Assembly: GCA_004431415.1 (NCBI GenBank)
Contig: QPMI01000314.1
Coordinates: 1-59,907, forward strand
Reading direction: 5' to 3'
Length of the DNA stretch: 59,907 nt
Origin: Cyanophora paradoxa CCMP329
Lineage: Eukaryota > Plantae > Glaucophyta
Position numbers and translations under genes: made by a program
Notes under the pieces: model-generated
Told to the model about the DNA's origin: nothing
What the model saw: only the letters and a program-made list of their open reading frames with translations
Database searches by the model: none
In this document: positions 26,602 through 38,194 of the stretch, piece by piece
Layout of the letters: each line of letters begins with the position of its first letter
How positions within the stretch are numbered: position 1 is the first letter of the stretch

Positions 26602-27998
26602 ATGCGCCAGACCCTCATCCGAGCCGCGCGTGCCACTTCCGCCGCCGTCCTGCAGCAACACCACCGCGTACGAGCGCCAGCCGCCGGCGCGCGTCACAAG
26701 CTAGTAGCGGGCGTCGCACTATTCAGCGCCGCCGCCAGCCGGCTTCGAGACCAGCAGTCCGCGCGCCGCACCATGGCGGCCCTCGGTTACGTCGACACGC
26801 ACTGCCACCTGGATGCAATCTGCGAGCGAATGAAGGTGAAGCGATGCGCCGCGCCGCGCGCGCGAACCGCTCGCGCACGACGATTGACGTCGACGCGTGT
26901 GCGATGCGGCGCGGCATGGGCAGGTGCCGCTCGCCGAGGTGAGCGACCTGGCGTTCTTCGAGTTCCCGCCGTCCTTCGACGCCCTCATCACCGTCGCCTG
27001 CGAGCCCGCCAAGGACTTCGCCGCCGCCCGCACGCTCCTCGGTGCGCCTGCGCCGGCGCCGGGCACTTCGAGCCGGCCGCCACCGCCCTCCCCGCGCCCG
27101 ACCGCGGAGGGGCGGGGGTGCAGGGCTGGAGCGGGTGTACGGGGCGTTCGGGGTGCACCCGCACGAGGCCGGGGCGTACACGGAGGCGGTGGAGCGGGAG
27201 ATCGAGGAGGCGATGCGCTCGCCCAAGGTGCTCGCCTGGGGCGAGTGCGGCCTCGACTACTTCCGCAACCAGCACGCCCCCGAGCTCCAGCGCCAGGTCC
27301 CCGCCCCCGCCCCGCACGCCCCCGCCGTGGCCGAGCGGTGGCCGGAGGGGGCCGGGCGGGGCAGGTCTTCGCGCGGCAGATCGGGAAGGCGGTGGAGCAC
27401 GGGAAGCCGCTGATCGTGCACACGCGGGAGGCGGAGGAGGACACGCTGGCGGTGCTGCGGGAGCACCTGCCGCGCGCCTGGCCCGTGCACGTCCACTGCT
27501 TCACCTCGAGCGCCGCCTTCGCCCGCGACCTCCTCCGCAGCTTCGACAACCTCTACCTCGGCCCGCCCCGGCCCCGCCCAGCGTCGGCCCCGGGCCCTCG
27601 CGGCGTCCCGCTCACGCCGGCCCTCGCGCAGGGTTCACGGGCGTGATAACGTTCAAGGTGGAGTGGCCGCTTTCCCCGCCCCCCCGCTCCGCGTCGCTGA
27701 AGCGTGGGCGGTGAAGAACGGGGCGGGGGTGCGGGAGGCGGCGGCGGGGACCCCGCTGGAGCGCATCCTCCTCGAGACCGACGGGCCCTTCATGTGCCCC
27801 GAGCCCCACCGCGGCAAGGCCCGCCCCCGCCCCCGTCCCGCCCCCTCCCCAGCCCCCGGGCGACGCGCGGGGCGGCAGGTGGCGCACGCGGGGCACATCC
27901 CGCTGATCGCGGCGGAGGTCGCGCGGGTGAAGGGCGTCGACGTGGAGCGCGTCTTCGAGCAGTGCCGCGCCAATACCCGCGCCGTGTACCGAATTTAG
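26602..27998 (+). CDS. tatD: TatD-family metal-dependent DNase, 6 introns, possible organellar presequence
   Basis: Motifs YVDTHCHLD, FGVHPH, WGECGLDY, PLIVHTREAEED, VHVHCFT, G|FTG and ILLETDGPF. In-frame ATGs at 26602 and 26773. Confidence 0.9.
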
Positions 27999-28048
27999 CC
28001 CCCGCCCCCCTAGCTGCAGCCCGCCCACCTGTGCTGCACGGGGGCGCA

Positions 28049-28948
28049 CTACCTCCACACCTGGCCCCGCGCCCCGCTCACCACGCAAGCGAGCTGGCCC
28101 CGGCGGGGGCGGGCGCCGCACCTGGGTGTACTGGGGCGGGGGCGGTGCGGCGGGGGGCGGCCTCCTGACGAGGCTCTCGCGGCTGAAGGCCATCTGGGAG
28201 GAGGTGCGCATGCCGCCCGGGTCCGGGTGCGTCAGCTCGCGGTACTCCACGGGGTTCGCCCGCCGCATGCGCGCCACGACGGACGGGTGCAGCCCCACCG
28301 CCTCCGGCACCCACTCGTTGATCGGCCGCGCGGTGATCGACGCCTGCGCCGCGCCCCGCCGTGCCCTCGGGGTCGGGGGCCGGCGGGCCGGAAGGAGGGG
28401 CGCGGGGGTGGACCTGCTTGGCGGGGACGACGTGGGCGTTGCGGGCGTCGGCGGCCTCGTGCTCCGAGAAGCGGTGGAAGTCGCTCTTGTAGATCGTCCG
28501 GCCGCGCTGCCTCGCCCCCTCCAGCTCCAGCCGCCTCGACACGCGCGCCCTCCTGCCCGGGGCCTGAGCCCCAGCGGCGCTCGCTCCCGGGGGCGGCGTT
28601 GGCGGACGCGAGGAGAAAGGGGTGGACGTAGCCGTCGGTGGCGGGGTGCGGCTGGATGGGACCCCCCGGCCCCGTCGTCTGCGTCCGCCTCGGCCGCGAG
28701 ACCGGCAGCCGGGCGCCGGGAGCGGCGAACCACGACGGCCTGCCGCGTGAAGCCGGACGTCTTCGGGAAGTGCGCCTCTCGCTCCCACGCCAGCCAGTCC
28801 GGGTCCGCAGGCGGCTCCCGCGCCGGGTAGGACACGCTCTTCGAGCTGCCCCACCGCAGCATCGACTCCGAGTCCTGCGCGATTGTCAGGTGCCACCCAG
28901 GCTGCGCAGTCTGCGGGCAGGCGGCTCGGGCACATCCGGCCAGTTCAT
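28049..28948 (-). CDS. Hypothetical protein, possibly a ciliary microtubule inner protein (PPP1R32/SAXO-like)
   Basis: Multi-exon, with short motifs TSGFTR, TIYKSDF and ANPVEYRELTHPDP. Family resemblance is from memory only. Confidence 0.35.
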
Positions 28949-29313
28949 CCTCCGTATCTCTGACTGCGTCGCCGACGGAGGCGCACGTCCGTATCCGTGG
29001 GCCATCTCCCCGCTGGCCTGCGAGTCCGGCGAGCGTTCTCGAGTTGAAAACAGTAGCTATGCACTGATGGGATTTGAAAGATCCTAGATAGCTAAGCGCC
29101 CGCGCCCGATTATACAGGGGCAGCCCTCGCTGGGAGGGTCTGGGCCGCTCTCACCGACACGAATCTTCCACCAGCGTGCTCCACGGCCTCCGCCGAGTGC
29201 ATCCTCTCCAGCAAACTTCTTTGTTGTTGCATCGCTGCAGTCGCTGTGTACCCTGTCCCGATCTTTCCCCCCCATTCGCGAAGCCCGTCAAGCGTGTGGT
29301 TCCGATCTTTGCG

Positions 29314-30699
29314 ATGGCGAAGCCGGTCATGCTCGGCTACTGGGCGATTCGTGGTGAAAAAAAACTCGCGCGCCTAACAGCCCTAACAGCCGATGCGAGG
29401 CTCGCGCGCGACCTCACCGTACGGCGCCAGGCCTTGCACAGCCTATCCGTTTCATTCTGGCCTACACTAAGACGCCGTTCGAGGAGCGCCGGTTCGTGCA
29501 CGTGCATTCGCGGAAGTGCGCTTCGAGCCGACGCTGCGCGTAGCTACGTCCAGGGCGACGCCCCTGGCTTCAGCCGAGATGACTGGTTGTCCGAGAAGGA
29601 GCAGTTCGCGCTTGCGTTCCCCAATCTCCCGTGCGGCGATTCTCGAATGCTCGGATTATCCACGCTGATGCCCTCCAAGCTACCTCATCGACCCGAACAC
29701 GGACGTGAAGCTGACGCAGTCGAACGCGATCATGCGCTACGTGTGTCCCGATCCCCACCGTGGCAAGGCCCGCTCCCTGCCAACCTGTTGAGCAGATCGC
29801 GCGGAAGCACGATTTGCTCGGCAAGAACGAGGCGGAGCAGGTCGGCCTCTTCCCGATCTCTAGATCTGCTCTTACATCGATCTTGTATTTTCGACGCTGA
29901 TTTGATCCGCAGATTCGCGTCGACCTCCTCGCTGAGGAGTCTATGGATTTCAGGTAGCAATCCTTAAGGAGTGCACTAGAAATCTTAACGCGAACACTTC
30001 AAATCAGATCTGAAACGCTTTTCAAGTTTAGCTAAGTGGTCTGACGGTCCTCCGCCAGAAATCAGATTGTGCGCCTGTGCTACAATCCATCGTATGAGAG
30101 CCTCCGCGGAGACTTCTTCAAGACGTGCGGCGACCCCCGAGTCCCCGCCTGACCGCTCTTCTCTGACCCTAGCTTGACGACTCAGCTACCTCCCGACCGA
30201 GCTGAAGAAGGCCCGCCCGCCGCGCCTGCCCCGGGCCCCGCCCCGGGCCCGCCTGCGCCGTGCGAGCCGGGCCGCAGCTGCACGACTTCCTTGGGGAGCG
30301 GCCGTGGTTCGCTGGCGACAACCTGACCTTCATCGACTTTATCGTGAGCTCGACCACCTGACCGCCCCGGCGCCCCCGCGCGGCGGCGCCCGACGCGTGC
30401 CGCGCTGCAGATGTACGAGCTGCTGGACCAGATGCGGCTCATGCAGCCCGATTCCCTCGACGCCTTCCCCAAGGCCCGCCCCCCCGCCCCGCCCCCCCGC
30501 AGCGAGGCGCCCCGCTGAGGCCCCGGCGGCAGCTGGGCGCCTACCTGACGCGCTTCGAGGCGCTGCCGGCCATCGCCGAGTACATGAAGGTGCGCCGCCC
30601 GCCCTCGCGCCCCGCCCTGCTCTCCGACGCCCCAGGCGCGCGCAGTCCCCCGAGTTCATCCAGCGCCCCGTGAACAACAAGGTCGCCCAGTGGAAGTGA
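29314..30699 (+). CDS. Glutathione S-transferase, Mu-class-like, 11 introns
   Basis: Spliced product MAKPVMLGYWAIRGLAQPIRFILAY...GDAPGFSRDDW...FPNLPYLID...TQSNAIMRYIARKH...WFAGDNLTFIDF...RFEALPAIAEYMKS includes a Mu-loop-like GDAP segment. Confidence 0.9.
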
Positions 30700-30881
30700 C
30701 CGCACCCCCCCGCCCGGCGAGCGCCCCTCGTGCTCGCTCCATGCTCTACAGAATACAGAACACAAAGCACGCGCACTGCTGAATGAAGAGGCGAATACAG
30801 AATGGTTCCAATAATGAAAGGTGTCATAATTTTTTTAAGGCGCTCCGGAGCTGCTGGGAAAGACTGAGTGGGGGCGCGGGG

Positions 30882-33171
30882 CTAGGGGCGGGGCGGGGCG
30901 GGGGCGGGTGGGGGGTCGTGGGAGGGGGAGTGGGCGGGCGGGGCGCGGCGGGCGAGGGAGCGGACGACGTCGCGGTAGGCGTTGAAGGAGGAGTCTCCCG
31001 CCCCCGTCTCGTCCCGCACCGGGTTCCGCCGCAGCTGCCCACGCGCCCCCCGGCGTCAGGGCGCGCCGCCGGGCGGGGCGCGGGTGGCGCGGGGGGCGCG
31101 GGGCGCACCATCTCGGCGAAGTCGCCCGAGGTGGCGCACTCGGCGCCCCCGGGCAAGGCCACGCTGCTCGCCACGCTGCCCGGGTGCGAGGCGCCGCCGC
31201 CGCCGGCGGGGGCCGCGAGGCCCTTGGGGGCGCAGCAGTAGCCGAGGAGGGAGATGAGGCGGAGCCAGGGGGTCTCGGCCTCGTCGGCGGGGATGCCGAG
31301 GGTGCGGGGCGTCGGCTCGCCGGCCGCCTGGCCGAGGGCCCCCGCCAGGCGCCCCAGGCCGACCGTCGCCGACCACGAGACCAGCGAGCTCAGCAGCGAC
31401 GAGCCGGCCGCCGGCTCGCCGCCACGCTTTCGCCCCGCGGGGCCGGCGCGGGGCCGCTGCTTGGGGGAGGCGAGCCCCTCGGCGACCTCGGGCGGGGGCG
31501 CGGGGCCGGGGCGGGGGCGGGCGGGCGAGGGCGGTGTGGTGGGCGTCGAGCGGGGCGAGGGCGCCCTCGGGAGGTGCAGCCGCCGCCGCGACGACCACGC
31601 CGCCTCCCCGCGCATGCTCCGCGACGACGCCAGCTCCGCCAGCGGCCTGCCCGCCCCCGCGCCCCTCGCCCGGCGCCGGCGCCCGGACCGGCGGGGGCCG
31701 CACCGGTCGGCGTCGGGGTCGAGGCGCGAGGCGCGCTGCTGGGGCGTCTTGGCCCGGCCGGAGACGGTCGGCGGGGAGGCCCGCGAGTGGTTCGACAGGG
31801 CGCTCGCGTCGAGCGGCCGCGCGCTCACGTCCGCTGCGGGGGCGCTCGCGCCGGCGCCGGGGGCGAGGCGGAGGCGGGCGGGGCGGGCACCGGAGGCGGG
31901 GTCCATGTTGGGATTGCAGTCCTCCTCCAGGCCCGCGACGTAGCGCAGCGCGGCGGGGCCCGGCGGGCGGGGCCGCGAGGGGAGGGGGCGACGGGCCCCC
32001 GCCGGCGCTCCGGGGAGAGGCCGGCGGGCGCGAGCTCGCCCTTGACGTTGGTGAGGATGCAGGTCTGGTGGGGCCCCTCGCGGGGGCGCTCGCGGGCGGA
32101 GGGCGAGGCCGGGGTCGGGGGCGTGCAGGCGCCGACGCCGACGTCGGCCTCGCGCTGGCGCCGCTCGGGGGTCTTGGCGAGCACGATCGAGGAGCCGTCG
32201 GCGCTCCGGATCGAGACCTCCTCGCCGTCCCGCAGCGCCCCCAGGTCCCGCACCACCGCCCCTGCCCCCGCCCGCCTCACCCCCGCCCCGCGGCCCGGCG
32301 CTGCCCGCGGCCGCGCACCGGCCGAGTTGAAGAGCGCCATCCCCTCCGCCTTCATCTTCAGCAGGCGGGCGCAGCCGGCGACGGCCTGCGCGGGGAAGTC
32401 AGGGAGAGGCGCGGGGCGGGCGGGCGGGGCGCGGAACGCGCCTGCTCGAGCGTCATCTCCGGGCGCACGGTGAAGAGCACGGGCTGTTGATAGTCCGCGT
32501 CGCTGCGGATGACGCGCAGCACGAAGCCCGGCCTCCACGGCGCCGCCTCGGCCTCCTGCCCCCCGCTCTGCGCCTCCTGCAGCGCCTCCGACATCGTGCG
32601 CACGGGCCGGCAGAAGTTCTCGTTGCACTGCAGGAAGACCAGGTGCGAGATCTCCGGCCGTAGCTCTTTGAACGAGGCGATCTCCAAGCCGTAGAGTGTC
32701 GCCAGCCGGGCGCCCTTCGGATCGAGCTGACCAGACGGCGTCGTCACTTCGAGGTATAAGCTATGCGGCAATGCGAGTGGCCTACCCCGAATCTCGCCGC
32801 TGCCGGGATAATCGCCCCTGAATACCTGCTGCGCGTGTGAGCGACCTGCCTGCGACCTGCAAACAATTAGCTGAGCAACAAAGCACGAGCAAGCGCGAAG
32901 TGCACCATGGCGACAGGAGTCGGCCCGCACCAGTCGCGTCCTGCGCGGTATGAGCTATAGCGGCGCCCTTGCGGAGCGAGCTGGGCACAGCAGGTCGCAG
33001 ACCTTCCCGCAAAGCGAGCCGTATGCCGCCAGCCAGGTCCGGGTTGCCCTTATTGTCGACACGAAAGACTTCTACGTGTCGCAGCGAGGCCGGGGCTGCA
33101 TCAGCTTTCATCAGCTTCGTCCGAGCGGGCTGCAGCGCCCCCGAGGACGAAGGCCGCAGTTTCGTCGTCAT
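30882..33171 (-). CDS. Hypothetical protein (multi-exon)
   Basis: ATG at 33171. Exon-like coding with strong GC3 bias (LYGLEIASFKELRPEISHLVFLQCNENFCRPVRTMSEAL; FVLRVIRSDADYQQPVLFTVRPE) and a stop at 30882. Confidence 0.5.
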
Positions 33172-33317
33172 CTCATCGAGCGCTGCACTTCAATGAGGCG
33201 CGCTGTAGACTTCCTACGCTGGCTGCGGCAGCTGCCTCAGCCGGGTCAGCGGCGAAGCGCAGCCGCCGGGGTACAGGCAGTCGCAATCGGCGGGAGAGTC
33301 GGGGGTCGATCAGCCTG

Positions 33318-34523
33318 ATGGCGTACATCCCGTGCGCTTCGCCGGTGCCGTGCGTCGGGACGCGCATCGTGCCAACCGCAGGGGCCGCCGCGTGCCCGGC
33401 CGGCCGCATTCAAAGTCAGGATGCCCGGCCGCCATCCGCCGGCGTCGTGTTCGGAGTCAGCCGCGTCGATGGTGCTAGCAGCTTGCGTCGGCCGCGTCGT
33501 CTTCTCGCGGTTGCGTCCAGCCAGTCCGAATTCACAGCAAATCGTCTTCGATCCGTCCAGCAATCCGCCGACGACATGCAGCGGCAGCGGAGGACCGAGG
33601 TGACAGCGGAGGCAGAAGGAGAGAAGCAGGAGAAACCGGCAGCGGCGGCATCGTCCAGCAGAAATCCGAACTGCCGCGTGGTTGTAATCACCTCTGGCAA
33701 GGGCGGCGTCGGCAAAACGACGACGACGGCCAATCTCGGCATGGCGCTTGCACGGCTCGGGCGGCAAGTGTGCGTCCTGGATGCGGACTTCGGCCTGCGG
33801 AACCTGGACTTGCTCCTTGGGCTGGAGAACCGCGTCGTGTATACGATTTCCGACGTGCTCGCGGGCTCGTGCCGCTTGGAGCAGGCGTTGGTGAAAGACA
33901 AGCGCGTTACGGGCCTGTCTCTCCTCCCGGCGGCGCAGAACCGGACGAAGGAGGATGTGAACTCTGACCAGATGATGAAGGTCGTCGACGGCCTTAGCGA
34001 GAAGTTCGAGTACATTATCATCGACTGCCCGGCGGGCATCGAGGGCGGCTTCCAGAACGCAATCGCCGCCGCGAAGGAGGCCGTCCTTGTGACCACGCCG
34101 GAGATCGCTGCCGTGCGCGACGCGGACCGCGTCGTGGGCCTTCTCGAGGCGTACGGAATCAACAGCATCAACTTGATCGTCAACCGTCTCCGACCCGGCA
34201 TGGTCCAGGCCAACGACATGATGTCTGTTGCCGACGTCGTGGAAATCCTCGCCGTGCCCCTTATTGGCGTTATTCCCGAGGACGAGAAGATCATCGTCTC
34301 AACCAACCGCGGCGAGCCTCTCGTGCTGGACGAGAAGCTTTCTCTTCCGGGCCTCGCTTTCGAGAACGTGGCCCGCCGCCTTGAGGTGTGCCTGACCTTG
34401 GTCTTGATGCGCGGCGTTCTCTCACTGTTCAAGCAGGGCGAGGACGTGGATTTCATCGACCTCGAAACCCCTTACACCAGCCTTTTCAGCAAGATCAAGA
34501 GGTTGTTCTCGAAGTCGTACTGA
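33318..34523 (+). CDS. minD: Plastid division ATPase MinD precursor; one 51-nt intron (34386-34436)
   Basis: VVVITSGKGGVGKTTTTANLG, DADFGLRNLDLLLGLENRVVYT, IIDCPAGIEGGF, VTTPEIAAVRDADRVVGLL and a C-terminal amphipathic helix LFSKIKRLF. An N-terminal extension of about 115 aa starts MAYIP. Confidence 0.97.
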   Translation: MAYIPCASPVPCVGTRIVPTAGAAACPAGRIQSQDARPPSAGVVFGVSRVDGASSLRRPRRLLAVASSQSEFTANRLRSVQQSADDMQRQRRTEVTAEAEGEKQEKPAAAASSSRNPNCRVVVITSGKGGVGKTTTTANLGMALARLGRQVCVLDADFGLRNLDLLLGLENRVVYTISDVLAGSCRLEQALVKDKRVTGLSLLPAAQNRTKEDVNSDQMMKVVDGLSEKFEYIIIDCPAGIEGGFQNAIAAAKEAVLVTTPEIAAVRDADRVVGLLEAYGINSINLIVNRLRPGMVQANDMMSVADVVEILAVPLIGVIPEDEKIIVSTNRGEPLVLDEKLSLPGLAFENVARRLEVCLTLVLMRGVLSLFKQGEDVDFIDLETPYTSLFSKIKRLFSKSY

Positions 34524-35074
34524 TCCAGTGGTAGTCGCACTTTCTTTTTACCCCTTCTGATCCTCTCCCATCCAAGCTACCTTCTTCCCTGTGTCCATCC
34601 TTAGCCTCATTTTTCGAGTGGCACTGTGCCCGTTTTGAATGAATGAATCGCCTCCTTGCAAAGCTCTTTGCAAATTCCGCGCATGCTCGAGCTCACGTCC
34701 AATTAATTCGCATGTGCCGGTTAGACTGCGAGGCCGGTCTGAGCGGCTAAGCTTAAGCTCTAAAGGCATATGCCGACGTCGACGAGTCCTGATTACTAAG
34801 TTATGGAAAAATAAAGGAATTGCATGCACATGCATTGCCTTGGCCTGCAGCTGGTCACGCCGGGTGTGCGCATGCATGCGCATTTGCTCATCGAGACAAT
34901 GCGCATGCCCGAAATTCAGACCAAGGGGCTAAAGGATAAGCCAGAAGAAATATTCAGACAAGTTCAGATATTCGAAGGCATCACACTGGTACAGGACGAT
35001 AAGGCATGCATATGGCTATCGCATTGGACGAGAAGCAGGGAGGGAGAGGAAGGAATCAGGAGAAGCGGAGGTGC

Positions 35075-35827
35075 TCACGCGGAGTCCGACGAGGACTCGG
35101 GCGTGCTCTTGCTGGGAGAGACTGACGCAGAAGGCGACGGGCTGCCCGAGGAAGCGCCGGGCGACCCCTCCCCGCGAGCAGAGGAGTTGGTCTTAATACT
35201 CTTGATAGGGAAGTTCGCAATGAGCGCCGTCACGCGGTCGTCTGCCTCCAGAGCGAACTCGACTTCTTCCTGCTCCAGATCCACGTACTTGCTGACGACG
35301 GAGAGGATCTCCCGTCGCATGTCGTCCATCGCCTCCGGAGACATGTCCGTCCGGTCGTGCGCGATAACCATCTTTAGTCGCCGCTTCACGTCGTCTCGGC
35401 TGTTGAAGGTCTGCGGGAAGAAGATCTTCCGGATCTCGCTCCAGATGAGGTGCAGCGCCGAGTTACGCCCCTTGCGCATGTTGGCCTGTATGCAAGGCGC
35501 GCCGACGCCCGCGGCCGAGCTGCTCGACGCCACAGCGTCGGTAATAACCCATCCAGCGACGGCGTCGGCATCGCCGCCGAAGAACTCGCGCCGCGCCGCG
35601 AGGGGGCGGTCTGCAACAAAGCTGGTCCCTAGAGGGGATGCGGGCTTTCGATGCACGACCCTGAGAGCCCTGCACAATATCACACTGTCAGCCAAAGCCT
35701 CTGGGCAGCCCGAGGCGGTTCCCGTGCGTGCTCCCGCCGCGAACCTCGGCGTCTCCGCGCGTGCCGATTCAGGCAAACACCGTGCATGGGAGCCGCTTGC
35801 TGGCACGGAGACGACGAACGCGGCCAT
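35075..35827 (-). CDS. minE: Plastid division topological specificity factor MinE precursor (probable intron ~35671-35780)
   Basis: SRDDVKRRLKMVIAHDRTDMSPEAMDDMRREILSVVSKYVDL...DRVTALIANFPIK matches cyanobacterial-type MinE. The N-terminus MAAFV is transit-peptide-like. Confidence 0.92.
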   Translation of the reverse strand: MAAFVVSVPASGSHARCLPESARAETPRFAAGARTGTASGCPEALADSVILCRALRVVHRKPASPLGTSFVADRPLAARREFFGGDADAVAGWVITDAVASSSSAAGVGAPCIQANMRKGRNSALHLIWSEIRKIFFPQTFNSRDDVKRRLKMVIAHDRTDMSPEAMDDMRREILSVVSKYVDLEQEEVEFALEADDRVTALIANFPIKSIKTNSSARGEGSPGASSGSPSPSASVSPSKSTPESSSDSA

Positions 35828-35926
35828 TGAAGAAGAAGAGCTGCTGGCGCCAAACCCAGGGTACGCTACTACGAATCACCGGGTACGCCAGAACAAAAAG
35901 ACAGCGCGAACTAGGCAGGCCGCAGG

Positions 35927-37540
35927 ATGGCGGGGGTCGAGCATGGCTTCGATCTTCCGGTGCCGCCGCCGCCGCCGTTTGCCTCGGGCGCGAACTCCAT
36001 TGGGCCCGGCTCGATGGGAAGGCCTCCTTTCCCTCCGGGAATGCCGCCGCCACCTGGAATGCCCCCCGGCATGCCCCCGGGCATGCCGCCCGGCATGCCG
36101 CCGCCCGGCATGCCTCCCGGTGGACTCGCTCGCCCGCCCCCGAAGCCACGTCTATGCAATGCCCCCGGTCCGCGCGGTCGCGTCGCGCGCGATCTTCCTG
36201 TCTAAGCTTCGTGACCGCAGGTACGATGACGGCGCCCCAGAAGGTGTACCAGCTTCCCCCGAACATCATGCAGCTGTTTACACCCCGCCCGCCCATCCCG
36301 TACCTGCGTCCGCTTGAGCGCAAGCGTAAGCTTCCGAAGTACGAGGGAGTTGTGTCATATATCGCCGCGGTACGACCTGCCGTGCGGCTTAGCTCGAGAA
36401 CCGTCTCACTCGCCTCGCGCAGTTCGAGGATCCGACGGAGATGGACCCTTCCACGTTCCAGCCTAAAGAGACTCGGGCGGAGCGCAAAACTCGAATCCAG
36501 AAAGAGCGCGAGGAGCGGGCCCGTAAAGCTGTGGACGAGGCCATGAAGGACTGGAATCCGCACAACGACCCGAACATCACTGGCGACGCGTACAAGACGC
36601 TCTTTGTCGCCCGCCTCAGCTATGACACGACGAAGAGCAAACTGAAACGGGAGTTCGAGCAGTACGGCGCGATTAAGAAGATCCGCATGGTACGTCAGCA
36701 AGTCGTCTCGGATTTGATTGAACGCTGACGCCAATTCAGATCGAGGACACGAAAACAGGGAAGCCCAAGGGCTATGCATTCATCGAGTTCGAGAGGGAGC
36801 GGGATATGCGCGTGGCGTACAAAGAGGCTGATGGCAGGAAGATCGAAGGACGTCGCGTTCTTGTCGATGTCGAGCGGGGTCGCTCGGTGAAGGGATGGAA
36901 GCCTCGCCGTTTCGGTAACAGTTCATTTATCATGCATTGTGTGAAACCGAGCTGAGAGCCTTCACGCAGGTGGAGGTCTAGGCTCATCGCGTGCTCCGCG
37001 CCGGAAGGGAGAGAAGCCTCCTGGGTATTTTTGGCTCTGTCACCTCTTAAAGCAGTTGATAATAGTCTTCCGTGTGCAGCCCGAGCCGGCCACCTCCGTC
37101 GACCACCAGTGCCTCTCGGTGCGTTCAGACAATCAGAGCTTTCAGGCCCGCCCTCTAGCTACCCCTAGAGCTTTGAATGGTTTTGGCTCCAGGGACCGCG
37201 ATCGCGATCGTGATAGGGACCGTGACCGTGAGCGCGAGCGTGACCGTGACCGGCATGTTTCTGAGTTGTCTTGTTGGCCCCCTGCCTTCCTCTTTGATGT
37301 TCTGCATAGTGATCGTGACCGGGATCGGGATCGCGACCGCGACCGCGACCGCGACCGTGACAGGGACCGTGACCGAGGTAGGTGCCTGAGCCTGTGGCGT
37401 TATCTCTTCTGATCCCTGGGTTCACAGATCGCGACCGTGACCGGAAGGACCGCGACCGGGACCGTGGCGAATCAGATCGGGATAGCAAGAGGCAACGGAC
37501 GGATGATCGCGATGGAAAGCGGGAGCGTGATCGTGACTAA
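35927..37540 (+). CDS. SNRNP70: U1 snRNP 70 kDa protein
   Basis: [80 protein letters not shown] and an RD/RE-rich tail ending TAA 37538-37540. Confidence 0.95.
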
Positions 37541-38194
37541 TGCTGAAACCTGCGTTCACAGGTCCGCAATCTATGAGAGTGCCTGATTATAGCATGCTGC
37601 TAAACATACAGCCTTGGACAGAGCTCAGCTGCTACCAGATCTACATGTTCCCGAACCACTTCCAGATTCTCTTCCCTGCTTCAAATCAACCCTCTGTGTG
37701 ACCATGATCATGAAGGCTGTAGCTAGCCTTGTTGGCAACTTAGGGCTGACCTGTACATGTTCGAATTTCGAATTTTTCGATGTACATGTTGCTGCATTGC
37801 ACACGTATCACGTCTTATTTGATAAATGTGCATGCATGTATACTATGATATGTCCCGGGTCCCATGGCCAGTGTCCATACGTACACTATACCTATACGTA
37901 TACTTCCCGTGTCTGCGCATGCGCGCGGGGCCGGCAGCTGCAGTATACGTACTAGTACTTGTAGCCAGGACTTGCAATTGCGATTTTAGTACTAGTTCGT
38001 GACGTCCAATTGCAAATGCTGCTCCGAGGCTCTTCTTGATCAACTCTAATAGGCGGGATATGCAAAAAACTATTTATCACTTGCAGCTGCCCAGCCTGGC
38101 AGCCTGGCCATGGCAGAGCTCGAGGGCGGCGGGCACTCTCCTGTTTCTGTTTAATTTGCAGAGTTACACATTATGAATATTGCATGCGCCTAGT

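Noticed and set aside
33318-35827. Bacterial contamination or a prokaryotic min operon
   Set aside because: The genes are convergent, carry transit-peptide-like extensions and a spliceosomal intron, and sit 100 bp from U1-70K.
35927-37540. Functional link between this U1-70K gene and the unusual splice donors
   Set aside because: The protein looks conventional, and its presence in the window is not evidence of causation.
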